Positions 1 through 9,192 of a stretch of 64,000 nucleotides of DNA are shown piece after piece (position 1 is the stretch's first letter; each line of letters begins with the position of its first letter). This DNA comes from a virus: IMG/VR virus record IMGVR_UViG_3300020185_000022; one strand, given 5' to 3'. The notes under the pieces are model-generated. The model was given only the letters and a program-made list of their open reading frames with translations. It did not search any database and had not been told where the DNA came from. Position numbers and translations under genes: made by a program.

Positions 1-390
1 TACCTCAAACTGACCATCTAAATATATGTACCCTGTGGTTCTATCAGTAATAAATACTACATGATGCCACTCATTATCTGAAACAACCGTCGAGCCAGTA
101 ACAGCTACTGAGCCTCCATCATCTAAACCAAGTTCGACGTTAGACGAGTTAACAGAAACTTGCCACCCTATTCCACCAGCATCTCTTTTCCCAAGAATAA
201 CTTGATTCCCAGTACCTGTGGTTTTAAACCATCCAGCTACAGAAAAGTCCCCAGTAGTAACGTTAAGAACATTACCCATAGTAATATAGTCATCAATGCC
301 GTCAAACAGCATTGCATTACCTTCTTCAGTGGGGGGGAGTATTTCTAAAGGCATTGAGTACTTACGCATGTCGAATCCTAGTCCTAACAT
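1..390 (-). CDS. Fibre/receptor-binding-type protein, N-terminal part with LamG (concanavalin A-like) domain; 3' end runs off the window
   Basis: Not in the ORF track because there is no stop in the window. My reverse-strand translation from the ATG at 390 reads MLGLGFDMRKYSMPLEILPPTEEGNAMLFDGIDDYITMGNVLNVTTGDFSVAGWFKTTGTGNQVILGKRDAGGIGWQV... and stays open to position 1. The pattern 'FDGxDDYI ... DFSxxxWxK' is a typical LamG signature. Confidence 0.6.
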   Translation of the reverse strand, partial: MLGLGFDMRKYSMPLEILPPTEEGNAMLFDGIDDYITMGNVLNVTTGDFSVAGWFKTTGTGNQVILGKRDAGGIGWQVSVNSSNVELGLDDGGSVAVTGSTVVSDNEWHHVVFITDRTTGYIYLDGQFEV

Positions 391-397
391 AATATTT

Positions 398-964
398 TTA
401 TTTACCTAAAAATCGTTTCCACCAAGGCTTAGATAATTGTTCCCTAAGCATTTTAAGCTCTTCTACAAGACTTTGTACGTCTAATGATACATTCGTATCA
501 CCTAGCTTAATTTCGTTAACTGCAGGCTCTTGTTTGAGCTCTACGTTTACTTCTACAGGGTCTGGCTTTTCTACAGTTACTTTTACCTCAACTGGGTCAG
601 CTTTCTCTATAGTGACATTAGCAGGCTCTACCTTTACTGATACTGGCTTAGCTTTTTCAATGATTATCTCAGGTGAGAATTCTACTTTGCAGTTGCAGTT
701 ACAGCTTTTAGTATCATCAGGTTCAGAAGCACCAATAATTGAAGCTACTGGAGCATCACCTGCTTGGTGTAAACCATCTGGAACTAAGTCCACAATTTCT
801 TTACCATCTGCAAACTCATCAATCATAGGAGCATATGCAATATACATTTCCCCTTGGTGCATTAATGGCTTACTCTGGAATGTCTCTTGGTCAGTACGTC
901 CGTATAGAATCATATCTATAGCGTCAATGTCTGCCTTAAAGTCGTCAGTTTTAATTAGTTTCAT
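398..964 (-). CDS. Hypothetical virion-module protein with short PVEVKV-type tandem repeats
   Basis: 188-aa ORF containing the repeats KPVSVKVEPANVTIEKADPVEVKVTVEKPDPVEVNVEL. It is tightly packed with its neighbours. The antisense ORF 534..974 is judged a shadow. Confidence 0.6.
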   Translation of the reverse strand: MKLIKTDDFKADIDAIDMILYGRTDQETFQSKPLMHQGEMYIAYAPMIDEFADGKEIVDLVPDGLHQAGDAPVASIIGASEPDDTKSCNCNCKVEFSPEIIIEKAKPVSVKVEPANVTIEKADPVEVKVTVEKPDPVEVNVELKQEPAVNEIKLGDTNVSLDVQSLVEELKMLREQLSKPWWKRFLGK

Positions 965-974
965 AATAATTTAG

Positions 975-1529
975 TTAAGAATAAATGCTCTTAGATATTA
1001 TAATTTTTTCAGTTAATATTTTTCTTTTTACTTCTTGCATACACTTTTCATTGCTCCAAGGGTCAGACTCTCCTGAAAAATGAAAACATTTTGTATACGT
1101 TAAATCTTCTGCATCTACCTTCATTTCAGACATGAAATTCTGTAAAGCAGCTTGAGTTGTAGCGTTCAAATCACCGCACCTTGTTATGTGTCTATCTGCC
1201 CAATCTATTGACCCATCGTATGCTGCCGCTTCTTCATACTCCCCACTCTTACCCGTTCCAGAAACTAAAACTATCAACTTCAATGAATTATCTCCGTACT
1301 TGTTGAACTTGATTGTAGCAGGGTTTCCTAAATAGGTTTTCTCATAACTAATTCCCTCTGAGTTCGTCAAGCCCTCATTTAAAATCCAAGTGTAGTCTGT
1401 TCCAGCATCGCCTGTAGCTGTTGCTGTTATCTCGGTTTCATCGTCGCCCGAAAAAGCGGAAAGGGTATAGCCTACTGAAAGACCTCCTCCACCACCACCC
1501 ATTGCGCCTGATATACCTAATCCTAACAT
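975..1529 (-). CDS. Hypothetical virion-module protein with a Gly-rich N-terminus
   Basis: 184-aa ORF. Its N-terminus MLGLGISGAMGGGGGG shares the first 5 aa and 14 of 16 nt with the start of the LamG gene at 390. Confidence 0.55.
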   Translation of the reverse strand: MLGLGISGAMGGGGGGLSVGYTLSAFSGDDETEITATATGDAGTDYTWILNEGLTNSEGISYEKTYLGNPATIKFNKYGDNSLKLIVLVSGTGKSGEYEEAAAYDGSIDWADRHITRCGDLNATTQAALQNFMSEMKVDAEDLTYTKCFHFSGESDPWSNEKCMQEVKRKILTEKIIISKSIYS

Positions 1530-1539
1530 AGCAAGTTAA

Positions 1540-1821
1540 CTATCGTTGATATACAATCACTGCTCCACCTGCTAAAGTTACTGCAGAAATATTAGGAATA
1601 TACCAAATATGTCCTGCTGTTAGTGTTTGGCCAATTAAGGTATTTCCACTAGCTCCTGAAGTAAATACTGTAAAAGTAGCATCTGAGATAGCGTAGATAG
1701 CATAACCAGTCATAGCTGTATTAGCTGTAGTATCGGTAATTACTTTTGGCTTAGTATCTAAAAGAGAAGTGTCTAGTAGACGTTTAGCAATTTCGTATTG
1801 GTCATTTAAATTTTTGCTCAT
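1540..1821 (-). CDS. Hypothetical protein
   Basis: 93-aa ORF in the same-strand operon; no motif recognised. Confidence 0.5.
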   Translation of the reverse strand: MSKNLNDQYEIAKRLLDTSLLDTKPKVITDTTANTAMTGYAIYAISDATFTVFTSGASGNTLIGQTLTAGHIWYIPNISAVTLAGGAVIVYQR

Positions 1822-1836
1822 CTTAAAGAAATTATA

Positions 1837-1859
1837 GGGAGAGGAATTTCTCCCCTCCC
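1837..1859 (-). terminator. Hairpin downstream of the tail-fibre-like gene
   Basis: On the minus strand, GGGAGGGG-agaaatt-CCTCTCCC is followed by TATAATTTCTTT. Confidence 0.4.
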
Positions 1860-1891
1860 ATTAATTATTGTTTAATTATTAGTATTTAGGT

Positions 1892-3205
1892 TTATGGTGT
1901 CAAAGTCGTAGATTCTCCGTCAGCAGCAGTTATTACTGTGTACCAAAAATCAAAGTGCATTACTGTAGTAGAAAAACCCGCAGTAGGTGCAACATCTGCT
2001 CCTAGTCCCCATCCATCAGTAGCTGTTAAGTCTACTTCTCCGTCAGTAGTTACGTCACTGTCTAAAAGAGGCGCTCCTAATCTTGCAGCAAAACAAGTGA
2101 CTGTACTATTTCCTTTATTATGGAAATTAGCAGCTGTCCATTGAAACACTTTAAAGTCATCAGATCCTGGAGTAGTTCTAGCAGCTATGAATAAATCTCC
2201 AGTAACTTGTAGAGCAGATCCAGACCCACCTGAAGTAACTAGCATTGCAGTAGCTCTGATAGGAACTATGTAAAATCCTTCTGAGGTATCGTCAAATATT
2301 TGCATTCCAGATGCAGAAGTAGTTAGTGCAGTTATTTGTGCTAAAGTCAACGTAACTCTTTTACGTCGTATAACATACCCCAAAGCTTCAGGAGTTATTA
2401 CAGTAGTAGTTACAGTATAATCTGTACCAGATACATCAGGTACAGCTGCAGTTACTGCGATATCTACTTCATCTGCTACTGCTACATCATCTGTAACTGT
2501 TACAAGTCCTGTACCTGTGATTTCTTTAAACTCTAAATCAACTCCATTTTTCTGTTTAAAAATTACAGCATCTCCAGTACCAGTTAAGTTACTTGCAGTA
2601 TTTGCTTCTCCACTTCCTGTTGGAGGAACAGTCCAAGCACCGTCAGAATCTAAGTATTTACCAGCGGCTGCATCACCTGAAGCAGGAGCAGGTACAAGAC
2701 CCTTAGTTCCACCAGCACCAGAATCACCTACAAAGTCATTCAGCATAGCCGTAGCTTCAGTTACTGTAAGTTCATCCACTATAGCTCCAGCACCTGAGTT
2801 GTTTCCTAAGAAGACGTTGTTAGCTACAACATTTTGCATTTTAGAGTAGGTAACAGCATCAGCTGCGATAGTAGCAGCTATAGTAGAGGCACCTGTAGCA
2901 GGTCCTGCTGTTACGTCACCTGTAAGTTCTACTAGTCCAAGGGGCTCTGCCCAAGTACCATCTTTTCTTAAGAACTCATCAGAGTGAGTAGCATTACCTA
3001 CAGGCACAAGTCCTACAGTAGTTACATCAGAAGCAAATTGATTTAAAGCACCAGTATTGCCACTTTGCAGCCAATCTGTAAGAGCTGTAAGAGTTAAGTA
3101 TTTAGAGTCTGGCCCTGACATATCTACTATGTGAAGTCTGTCTGCAGCTGCTGCAGATGCTCCAGCTAAGGCAGTTGCTAGGGCGGATAATTTTTTTTCA
3201 GCCAT
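1892..3205 (-). CDS. Tail-fibre-like protein
   Basis: 437 aa, rich in Ala/Gly/Thr. It carries two copies of the fibre-type motif (FLRKDGTWAEP and KYLDSDGAWTVPP) and sits at the distal end of the morphogenesis operon. Confidence 0.6.
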   Translation of the reverse strand: MAEKKLSALATALAGASAAAADRLHIVDMSGPDSKYLTLTALTDWLQSGNTGALNQFASDVTTVGLVPVGNATHSDEFLRKDGTWAEPLGLVELTGDVTAGPATGASTIAATIAADAVTYSKMQNVVANNVFLGNNSGAGAIVDELTVTEATAMLNDFVGDSGAGGTKGLVPAPASGDAAAGKYLDSDGAWTVPPTGSGEANTASNLTGTGDAVIFKQKNGVDLEFKEITGTGLVTVTDDVAVADEVDIAVTAAVPDVSGTDYTVTTTVITPEALGYVIRRKRVTLTLAQITALTTSASGMQIFDDTSEGFYIVPIRATAMLVTSGGSGSALQVTGDLFIAARTTPGSDDFKVFQWTAANFHNKGNSTVTCFAARLGAPLLDSDVTTDGEVDLTATDGWGLGADVAPTAGFSTTVMHFDFWYTVITAADGESTTLTP

Positions 3206-3609
3206 TATTCAAATATGTAAGTGTCGCCATCCTCAAAAATGAATGTTACTCCATCTTCGTAGATTTTAGTATCTCCTGTAGTTGCAGCAGCAGCTACTGT
3301 AGTGACGACTGAGGTTGTTAATTTAATATAGTAATTGAATTTGTCTACCATGTTTTTAGCTTCTGTAGCGTCTATCAGAGAGCAGGAATTGCAATCATAT
3401 TGGCAGTAAACATCTGCTACTATGCTAGCAAGAAGGAATTTTCTCTGTTCTTTGCGTGCACATTCTACTTCTCCTATAGAATAAAGACCCTGAATCTGCT
3501 TAGCCTTGGCTATTAAGTTAGCCTTCATTTGATTGTAGGTGCTAACAGTATAGGTCCCAGAAGGAGTATACGTGATATCGCATGTGGTCGATGTTGAGCA
3601 GCAGGCCAT
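3205..3609 (-). CDS. Cys-rich hypothetical virion-module protein
   Basis: 134 aa. Start and stop are coupled with neighbours (ATG/TAA overlaps). Cys clusters: MACCSTSTTC, VYCQYDCNSC. Confidence 0.55.
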   Translation of the reverse strand: MACCSTSTTCDITYTPSGTYTVSTYNQMKANLIAKAKQIQGLYSIGEVECARKEQRKFLLASIVADVYCQYDCNSCSLIDATEAKNMVDKFNYYIKLTTSVVTTVAAAATTGDTKIYEDGVTFIFEDGDTYIFE

Positions 3610-4226
3610 TAGTTACATTTACAGTTTGATGTTGCAGAGCAATATTTATCTAGTAGTTTCTGTATCTGAGCAAATGAATTATCATCATTAATCTCAGCAG
3701 CGTTCTTAAGTCTCTCTAAGTAAAATCTCATAGAGAGTAGAGTTTCTTCGTTTTTACGAATGCATTTAGCACAACTAGTCAGATCCATATTGATCATTCT
3801 GTTGTCCATGCAGATTTCGTATTCGCAGTAGATTAGCTTATATAGTGTTGCACTAGTTGACTCTAATCCTTCTGAGGTATCTGTTATTACTAAGGAAAAG
3901 GACCAAGAACCTGCATCTAATACAGTAGTGGAACTTAGACCTAGGTCAGTAAGTGTTATAGTTTTTGTGGCATCTGATGTTCCTGGTGTAGATGCTATAA
4001 TCTCAGTAGCCACTGAAACAGTTGTAGTTGTTGCATCAGGAAAGGTAATAGTAAGAACAGCAGTATCAACATTTTCTGCTTCCATGTGAGTAGCAGGATC
4101 ACTTCCATCATTGTTTCCCCAACCTGTGGTGTTGGTGGACGCATCATAGAGTCCTGTAGTATCTGTCCAGACTAGTGTATTACAATCACAGCCTGCAGTA
4201 ATTGTAAAAGTAGGAGTTGTGGCCAT
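3609..4226 (-). CDS. Cys-rich hypothetical virion-module protein
   Basis: 205 aa with a Thr/Ser-rich N-terminal half and a helical Cys-rich C-terminal half (CEYEIC, SCAKC, CSATSNCKCN). The layout resembles 3205..3609. Confidence 0.55.
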   Translation of the reverse strand: MATTPTFTITAGCDCNTLVWTDTTGLYDASTNTTGWGNNDGSDPATHMEAENVDTAVLTITFPDATTTTVSVATEIIASTPGTSDATKTITLTDLGLSSTTVLDAGSWSFSLVITDTSEGLESTSATLYKLIYCEYEICMDNRMINMDLTSCAKCIRKNEETLLSMRFYLERLKNAAEINDDNSFAQIQKLLDKYCSATSNCKCN

Positions 4227-4256
4227 TTCTGAGTAGTTATGGGTTTATACAAAGAA

Positions 4257-4276
4257 AGCTGGAATCCCCTCCAGCT
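4257..4276 (-). terminator. Hairpin downstream of 4346..5794
   Basis: AGCTGGA/TCCAGCT 7-bp stem. The minus-strand tail is TTCTTTG. Confidence 0.35.
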
Positions 4277-4345
4277 AATCTTTTAAGACGATGGCAGAAG
4301 AACTTAGAAGTAATTCGCCAGAGGGGGATTCAGCTTATTTATTTA

Positions 4346-5794
4346 CTATACGTAAAGTTGGTTGTTTGCATCAGAGTCGCCAGCAGTTGTGACAGCTCCG
4401 TGAGCAGCGATAGTATCGAGCTCAGCAAGCATTACCTTACTTTGTGTATTAACGTCTCCAGCTGTACCGTTGGTTCCGTCAGAGATTTCCATATAAACGA
4501 TGTTCAATCCTTTGCCTGTTCCGTTGTTTGTAACGAAATCATCCAATTGAGTTGATACAGGTACTACCAATTTGGCGTAACCTCTCCATTTATACTCATG
4601 TGCTAGTGCATCATCAGCCAAGTTTTGACCAGAAGATAAAGGCGCAATAGCTGCTTTAGGCTCAGTCTGAGCTGCCAAAGTAACGCTTGAAGGAGGAACT
4701 CCAATCAAGTTTGCATTCTGTCCGTCGAATCCTGCAGCGAAGTACTCGTTAAAAGCAACTTCTGCATAGTTTCCAACTCCTGGATTAGCTTTTTGACTAG
4801 TAGTAACTGTTGCAGTACCAAAAGCATCGCTAAGAGTTACTACAAATCGGTTTACTTTCCAATCTCGCATAGTACCAGTGCTGAATGTTTGTGGACGGCT
4901 GGTCATTTTAATTCCCCAGTCTCCTGTCATTGCAACTCCTTCTCCACCTAGAGTAAGTGAGTGAACTGCTTCATCATTCCAAGTAGCAGTATCACCTTGC
5001 CAAGGGTAGTCAAGAGTTACTTGAGTACCTGAATCAACAGAGGCAATCATATAAACTGGATCAGTTACTGCATCGGTTGCACCTGCAGTGCCTCCAACAG
5101 AAAAACGTACCCAGTCACCAGCAGCTAGATCTTGGCTATCTGCCATAGTTACTGTTTTAGAACCATGAGTTAAAACCCAGTCACCTGTGGCATTAGTGTC
5201 AGCCATGTCTACTCCAGTTGCAGCTGTGTCGTTGACACGCTCAAACTTGATGTAGTTGTCAGCAGTGCTTCCGAAATTCTTCAATGCGTTAGCATAAAGA
5301 GAATTCATAAACAAAGCTTGAGTAGCATGAGAAGTAGTAGAAGTACTAGTAGTTTGGATATACTTACGAGTAGGTTGTGATCTATTCAACTCGTCGTTGT
5401 TTTGAATCACAATCGTAGCAGAGAAAGTTTCTCCTTTAGTAGTAGTAGTTTCCATAGAACCAGTGGTTCCATTAGATCCTAGATAAGAAATTTGTGGGTC
5501 AGGAAGAGTAAAAGGAGTTACACTAGAAACTGTAAGTCCTGGAATACTTCCATCAGCATTCAAAGTCATAGGAAGAGATTTGCGAACAGGCTTATCTGTA
5601 CCCATACCTTGAACAAAATATACTGTTTCACCACCAGAAGCTGCTGACAAATCAATAGCGGTAAGAGACGCATCAGCGAGTGCGATGGTTCCTAACGCTA
5701 GACTTGAAACATCAGATCCGACAGCTGCGGCAGTAGCTAACTCTCTACCAACGGTAACGCTGATGAGGTTGTCTGTGCGTGGAATTGCGGCCAT
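4346..5794 (-). CDS. Virion structural protein of unknown role, probably abundant
   Basis: 482-aa ORF in the morphogenesis operon, followed by a hairpin at 4257-4276. No sequence motif recognised. Confidence 0.55.
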   Translation of the reverse strand: MAAIPRTDNLISVTVGRELATAAAVGSDVSSLALGTIALADASLTAIDLSAASGGETVYFVQGMGTDKPVRKSLPMTLNADGSIPGLTVSSVTPFTLPDPQISYLGSNGTTGSMETTTTKGETFSATIVIQNNDELNRSQPTRKYIQTTSTSTTSHATQALFMNSLYANALKNFGSTADNYIKFERVNDTAATGVDMADTNATGDWVLTHGSKTVTMADSQDLAAGDWVRFSVGGTAGATDAVTDPVYMIASVDSGTQVTLDYPWQGDTATWNDEAVHSLTLGGEGVAMTGDWGIKMTSRPQTFSTGTMRDWKVNRFVVTLSDAFGTATVTTSQKANPGVGNYAEVAFNEYFAAGFDGQNANLIGVPPSSVTLAAQTEPKAAIAPLSSGQNLADDALAHEYKWRGYAKLVVPVSTQLDDFVTNNGTGKGLNIVYMEISDGTNGTAGDVNTQSKVMLAELDTIAAHGAVTTAGDSDANNQLYV

Positions 5795-5827
5795 AATATT
5801 TAAAATTTAGAGTTTAGTTATATTTAA

Positions 5828-6592
5828 TTATTCTAAAGTTTTGATACCGAGAATACTCTCAATATCTGGACGATCCGTAGAGTCCTTAGCAATATGCTTC
5901 GCGATCTCTACTATCGCCTCATGAGTTGCATCATCCAATACACAGTTTCTTTGATTACCTGCAGTATCGAAGTCAACCACGACAGCTGGAGGAAACCTCA
6001 GGTATCTTATATTGTAGCTAACTACATTAAAGTTACCATCAGTTACCAGCTCGTGTCTTTTAGCTGTTGCAGCAATTGGGACTGTGGCATCAGCTTGAGA
6101 GCTGTCTGTCGTTCTAGAGAATTGCATTCTCCAGATTAGTCCTTCATTGTTTGCAACAAAAGGTTTCTTATAAGAATTCCTTTTTAGTCTTGTGTACTCA
6201 TTATGAGATACTACATCGACTGGTACATAAACGTTCGATCCAGTATTGATACAGTCTGCGACGTTTGTCTCAACCTCTTCAAGAATCGTATACATGAAGT
6301 CAGTAGGTAAGTCATAAAAAACACCATATTGCAAAACACCAGTTTGAGATGCACTAACAGTTAATGCGCTACTATTCCTAATCAACTCAGATAGTCCTTG
6401 AGATCTGATCTCTGTCTCTTCAAAACCTTCTTGCTTGGGATTGTTCATCCTGTCAAGGGTATACTTAATAAACCACATTTGTGCAGTATTAAGCATGAGA
6501 GACAACTCAGCATCTGTCCAGCCTGGAGAAGACAGTGAGTCTATTCTATCTGAATAGAGCTCTAGATTAGTTGCCATTTCGTTAGCAGTCAT
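5828..6592 (-). CDS. Virion-module protein (unknown role)
   Basis: 254-aa ORF downstream of the capsid genes. Confidence 0.55.
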   Translation of the reverse strand: MTANEMATNLELYSDRIDSLSSPGWTDAELSLMLNTAQMWFIKYTLDRMNNPKQEGFEETEIRSQGLSELIRNSSALTVSASQTGVLQYGVFYDLPTDFMYTILEEVETNVADCINTGSNVYVPVDVVSHNEYTRLKRNSYKKPFVANNEGLIWRMQFSRTTDSSQADATVPIAATAKRHELVTDGNFNVVSYNIRYLRFPPAVVVDFDTAGNQRNCVLDDATHEAIVEIAKHIAKDSTDRPDIESILGIKTLE

Positions 6593-6601
6593 CTGTTATA
6601 C

Positions 6602-7549
6602 TTATTGTTTTGCGTTATTAATTCTACTTTCTAGAAGTAGTAGTTCGTCTTGATTCTTAGTGTCATTCAAGAAGGAAACTAGGTCAGAGATATTTCCAAC
6701 ATTTCTGCCAGAGATAGCGTACTGATCAAATCCTTTCTTCTCAATTGCTCCAATCCTAACTCCATCAGTAATCTTAGTTTTGATGTCGAATGAAGGATCT
6801 TCTGCAATCTTGATGAACTCATTAAGATCTACATCCATAATCTTTGTGACTTCGTTCTCAAGCCATTCAGGGGATGCTGTTTCGTTATATCCTTTACCTG
6901 CCACTTTAAGGAAGTTTTTCATCTTCTCTTGTGACTGGGTATATTTATCTAGGAGTTTAAATCCTTTGCGTCTAAGCTTAGAATTTTCAAGGTTACTAAG
7001 TTCTTGTTGATGTGTATCTACCAACATAAACTCATAACTACCTCGTTCATTCCTTCCTTCGTAACTAGAAGCAATCAAGTGTGAGTTTGCTTTACAGATT
7101 TTATACTGTATAGCATCAGAAACTTTAGAGAGATCAAAATCACGACCTTCTCGAGTAACTACTACTCTACTGATACTTTCTCCTGAATCTAGCATCCAAA
7201 AGTTATTTTGCTTAGAAAGATGATTTAAATCTCTTCCTAATTCTTTTTCAAAGAACTCTCGCTCTGTTAAGGGTTCAGTTGGATACTGTGGCGTCAAGAA
7301 CTTTTCTCTGTTGTCAAGTACTTGTGCCAAGTCTCCATTAGACTTAACTGGACATGTGTAAGTTCGTTTTACCTTATTAAACATATAAGGTTCTTTCTTA
7401 ATGTCCTTGTCAAGAATTGTAGCCCATTGGCCATCGCCTTGGACTGGTAAGAGCTTAACTCTCTTTCTTGGAAGGAAGTCCTTCTGTGCAAATTCAGGTT
7501 TCGTAAATTGTACAGGAGCTTCGTTCATTGATTCTTTATTTTCTGCCAT
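6602..7549 (-). CDS. Virion-module protein (unknown role)
   Basis: 315-aa ORF immediately downstream of the capsid gene and its terminator. Confidence 0.55.
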   Translation of the reverse strand: MAENKESMNEAPVQFTKPEFAQKDFLPRKRVKLLPVQGDGQWATILDKDIKKEPYMFNKVKRTYTCPVKSNGDLAQVLDNREKFLTPQYPTEPLTEREFFEKELGRDLNHLSKQNNFWMLDSGESISRVVVTREGRDFDLSKVSDAIQYKICKANSHLIASSYEGRNERGSYEFMLVDTHQQELSNLENSKLRRKGFKLLDKYTQSQEKMKNFLKVAGKGYNETASPEWLENEVTKIMDVDLNEFIKIAEDPSFDIKTKITDGVRIGAIEKKGFDQYAISGRNVGNISDLVSFLNDTKNQDELLLLESRINNAKQ

Positions 7550-7588
7550 TGTTTTTGTTTATGTATGTAAGTAATAAATAAAGAGATT

Positions 7589-7618
7589 GTACTGCCAGGA
7601 GGTTAGTCCCAGCAGTAC
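7589..7618 (-). terminator. Hairpin after the capsid gene (terminator-like)
   Basis: On the minus strand, GTACTGCTGGGA-ctaacc-TCCTGGCAGTAC forms 12 bp, and its two wobble pairs work only on the minus strand. The following tail AATCTCTTTATTTATT is T-rich but imperfect. Confidence 0.55.
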
Positions 7619-7632
7619 GCTCATCTTAATTT

Positions 7633-9147
7633 TTATCGAGTGAAGTTATAACGTAGATCAACGATCTTTGTAGGATCTTTGACCATCATTCCACCCCATT
7701 TGGCTTTCACTACTGTGTAGCCGTCAAGAGCTGAACTGATGTTACGACTCGCACCTTCACCTGAAGGAGAGTAAGGAGATCGAAGTCCTTCGATGTATCC
7801 CCACGCTTCTTTAGCGCCTTTAGGTTGTACTCGGTAGATACCAGCGTCCCCACCATAGTCAAACGCAATCATACGATGTGACTCAACAACTCCTTTTCCA
7901 TCAGGGTGACGGAGTGGGAATCGAATATCATCATCAAAGAAAGGAATGATCTCTACGTTAAGTACAACACCGTTGTAAGAAACGTATTGGTTGAACTGAG
8001 CACCAAATCCTAGAGTGTTACCTGTTCCAAGGTTTCCTGAGCTAGTTTTGTTGATCAATGGAGCGTTAGCTGAAACAGTAGTCCAAGCAAGAGCTTTTTC
8101 CTGAATCTGCTTGTGGATTTCCACAGCACCAAATTCACCAGTACCAATTGTAATATGACGTTTGCCACGTTCCAATTTACCAACACCCATATCGAGCAAC
8201 ATATCAACATGCCAGTCAACGTCATACTTGTTGTAGTAGTGAACGTTACCTGGAGCGATTTGCTCAAAGAGTCCTGCACCAGAAGCAATCTCGAAACGAG
8301 TCTTTTCGTCACGATTCAAGATGCGATCTTCTGAATCCCAGTTTTTCTTACCATAAAGGCACATACGTGCAAATTGGTTGTCAAACTGATAGTTGGCTAC
8401 GAAGTCATGGTAGTTAGTCCATACCTTCTCAACTGATCCATCAGGCATTTTAAATGCGAACTCGAGTGGTTCGTTTTTACCTTTTCCAATCATAGAACCT
8501 GCTACGTCGTACTGCATTCTCATTAGAGAAGTACGGTTTCTCATCCTGAATGGACTAGAGAAGTTAGGTCGGGTTCCTTGGTAAGAAAGGGTTCCTGGTT
8601 GAATGTTGTAGTCTTTAGAGAATCGACGTCCAACTTCTAATTCTTCAGCAGGCATAGAAAGAGCACTGTTATCAGTAATGAGTTCAACTCGATAGCGATA
8701 GCCTTGTCCAACTGTGTCCTTACCTTTAATCAAAAGGTGGTAGTCTTCCATTTCTCCACGAAGAACGTCTCCATTGTCGAAATAGTCTTCTCCGAAAATT
8801 ACGTAGAATTGTGCTCCATTAGCACCTTGACCTGTTAGTGTGGAAGCCACAGCTGAAACAGAACCTGCGATGTCAGTAGCATCAACGAGAGGAAGATTCT
8901 TCTCGTGTTGCCCTTGTAGCATCCATTCGTAGTATCCTTCTTCTTGATCAACTTCCATTACTGGAAATTTCTCTACGAAAGCTTTCATACTTCCTGGAAG
9001 GGTTAAATTGTAGATATCTGTGATAACTGGGTCAATCAACTGTGGACGCTGCATGTACAAAGACTGCAGGTGGTTGCTAGTGATGAGCCCATTATAATCT
9101 ACGGATTGGTACTTCTGCAAGGAAGAAATCAATGCGTCATTTGTCAT
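7633..9147 (-). CDS. Major capsid protein candidate
   Basis: 504 aa, directly after the scaffold-like gene in the order terminase-portal-scaffold-capsid. A strong minus-strand hairpin follows at 7589-7618. Assignment rests on position and size, not on a motif. Confidence 0.65.
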   Translation of the reverse strand: MTNDALISSLQKYQSVDYNGLITSNHLQSLYMQRPQLIDPVITDIYNLTLPGSMKAFVEKFPVMEVDQEEGYYEWMLQGQHEKNLPLVDATDIAGSVSAVASTLTGQGANGAQFYVIFGEDYFDNGDVLRGEMEDYHLLIKGKDTVGQGYRYRVELITDNSALSMPAEELEVGRRFSKDYNIQPGTLSYQGTRPNFSSPFRMRNRTSLMRMQYDVAGSMIGKGKNEPLEFAFKMPDGSVEKVWTNYHDFVANYQFDNQFARMCLYGKKNWDSEDRILNRDEKTRFEIASGAGLFEQIAPGNVHYYNKYDVDWHVDMLLDMGVGKLERGKRHITIGTGEFGAVEIHKQIQEKALAWTTVSANAPLINKTSSGNLGTGNTLGFGAQFNQYVSYNGVVLNVEIIPFFDDDIRFPLRHPDGKGVVESHRMIAFDYGGDAGIYRVQPKGAKEAWGYIEGLRSPYSPSGEGASRNISSALDGYTVVKAKWGGMMVKDPTKIVDLRYNFTR

Positions 9148-9192
9148 TGTTTAGAGTATTAAGGGTTCAATAGTTAAAATTAATAATCCTGA

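Noticed and set aside
534-974. Antisense or alternative-frame ORFs from the track inside longer genes: 534..974, 1938..2144, 2517..2849, 4217..4555, 5894..6139, 6780..7010, 8055..8334, 9569..9787, 10109..10360, 10572..10763, 12045..13585 (several), 14471..15535 (two), 16484..16714, 17762..18110, 18224..18406, 19023..19289 and 19991..20293.
   Set aside because: Each lies opposite or inside a longer ORF that has motif or operon support. Their compositions are Ser/Leu/Phe-rich shadows typical of antisense frames.
3190-3197. A8 run at codons 3-5 of the tail-fibre-like gene as a phase-variation switch.
   Set aside because: It simply encodes E-K-K in an AT-rich genome, and runs of this length are common here. 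There is no alternative frame with a downstream ORF.
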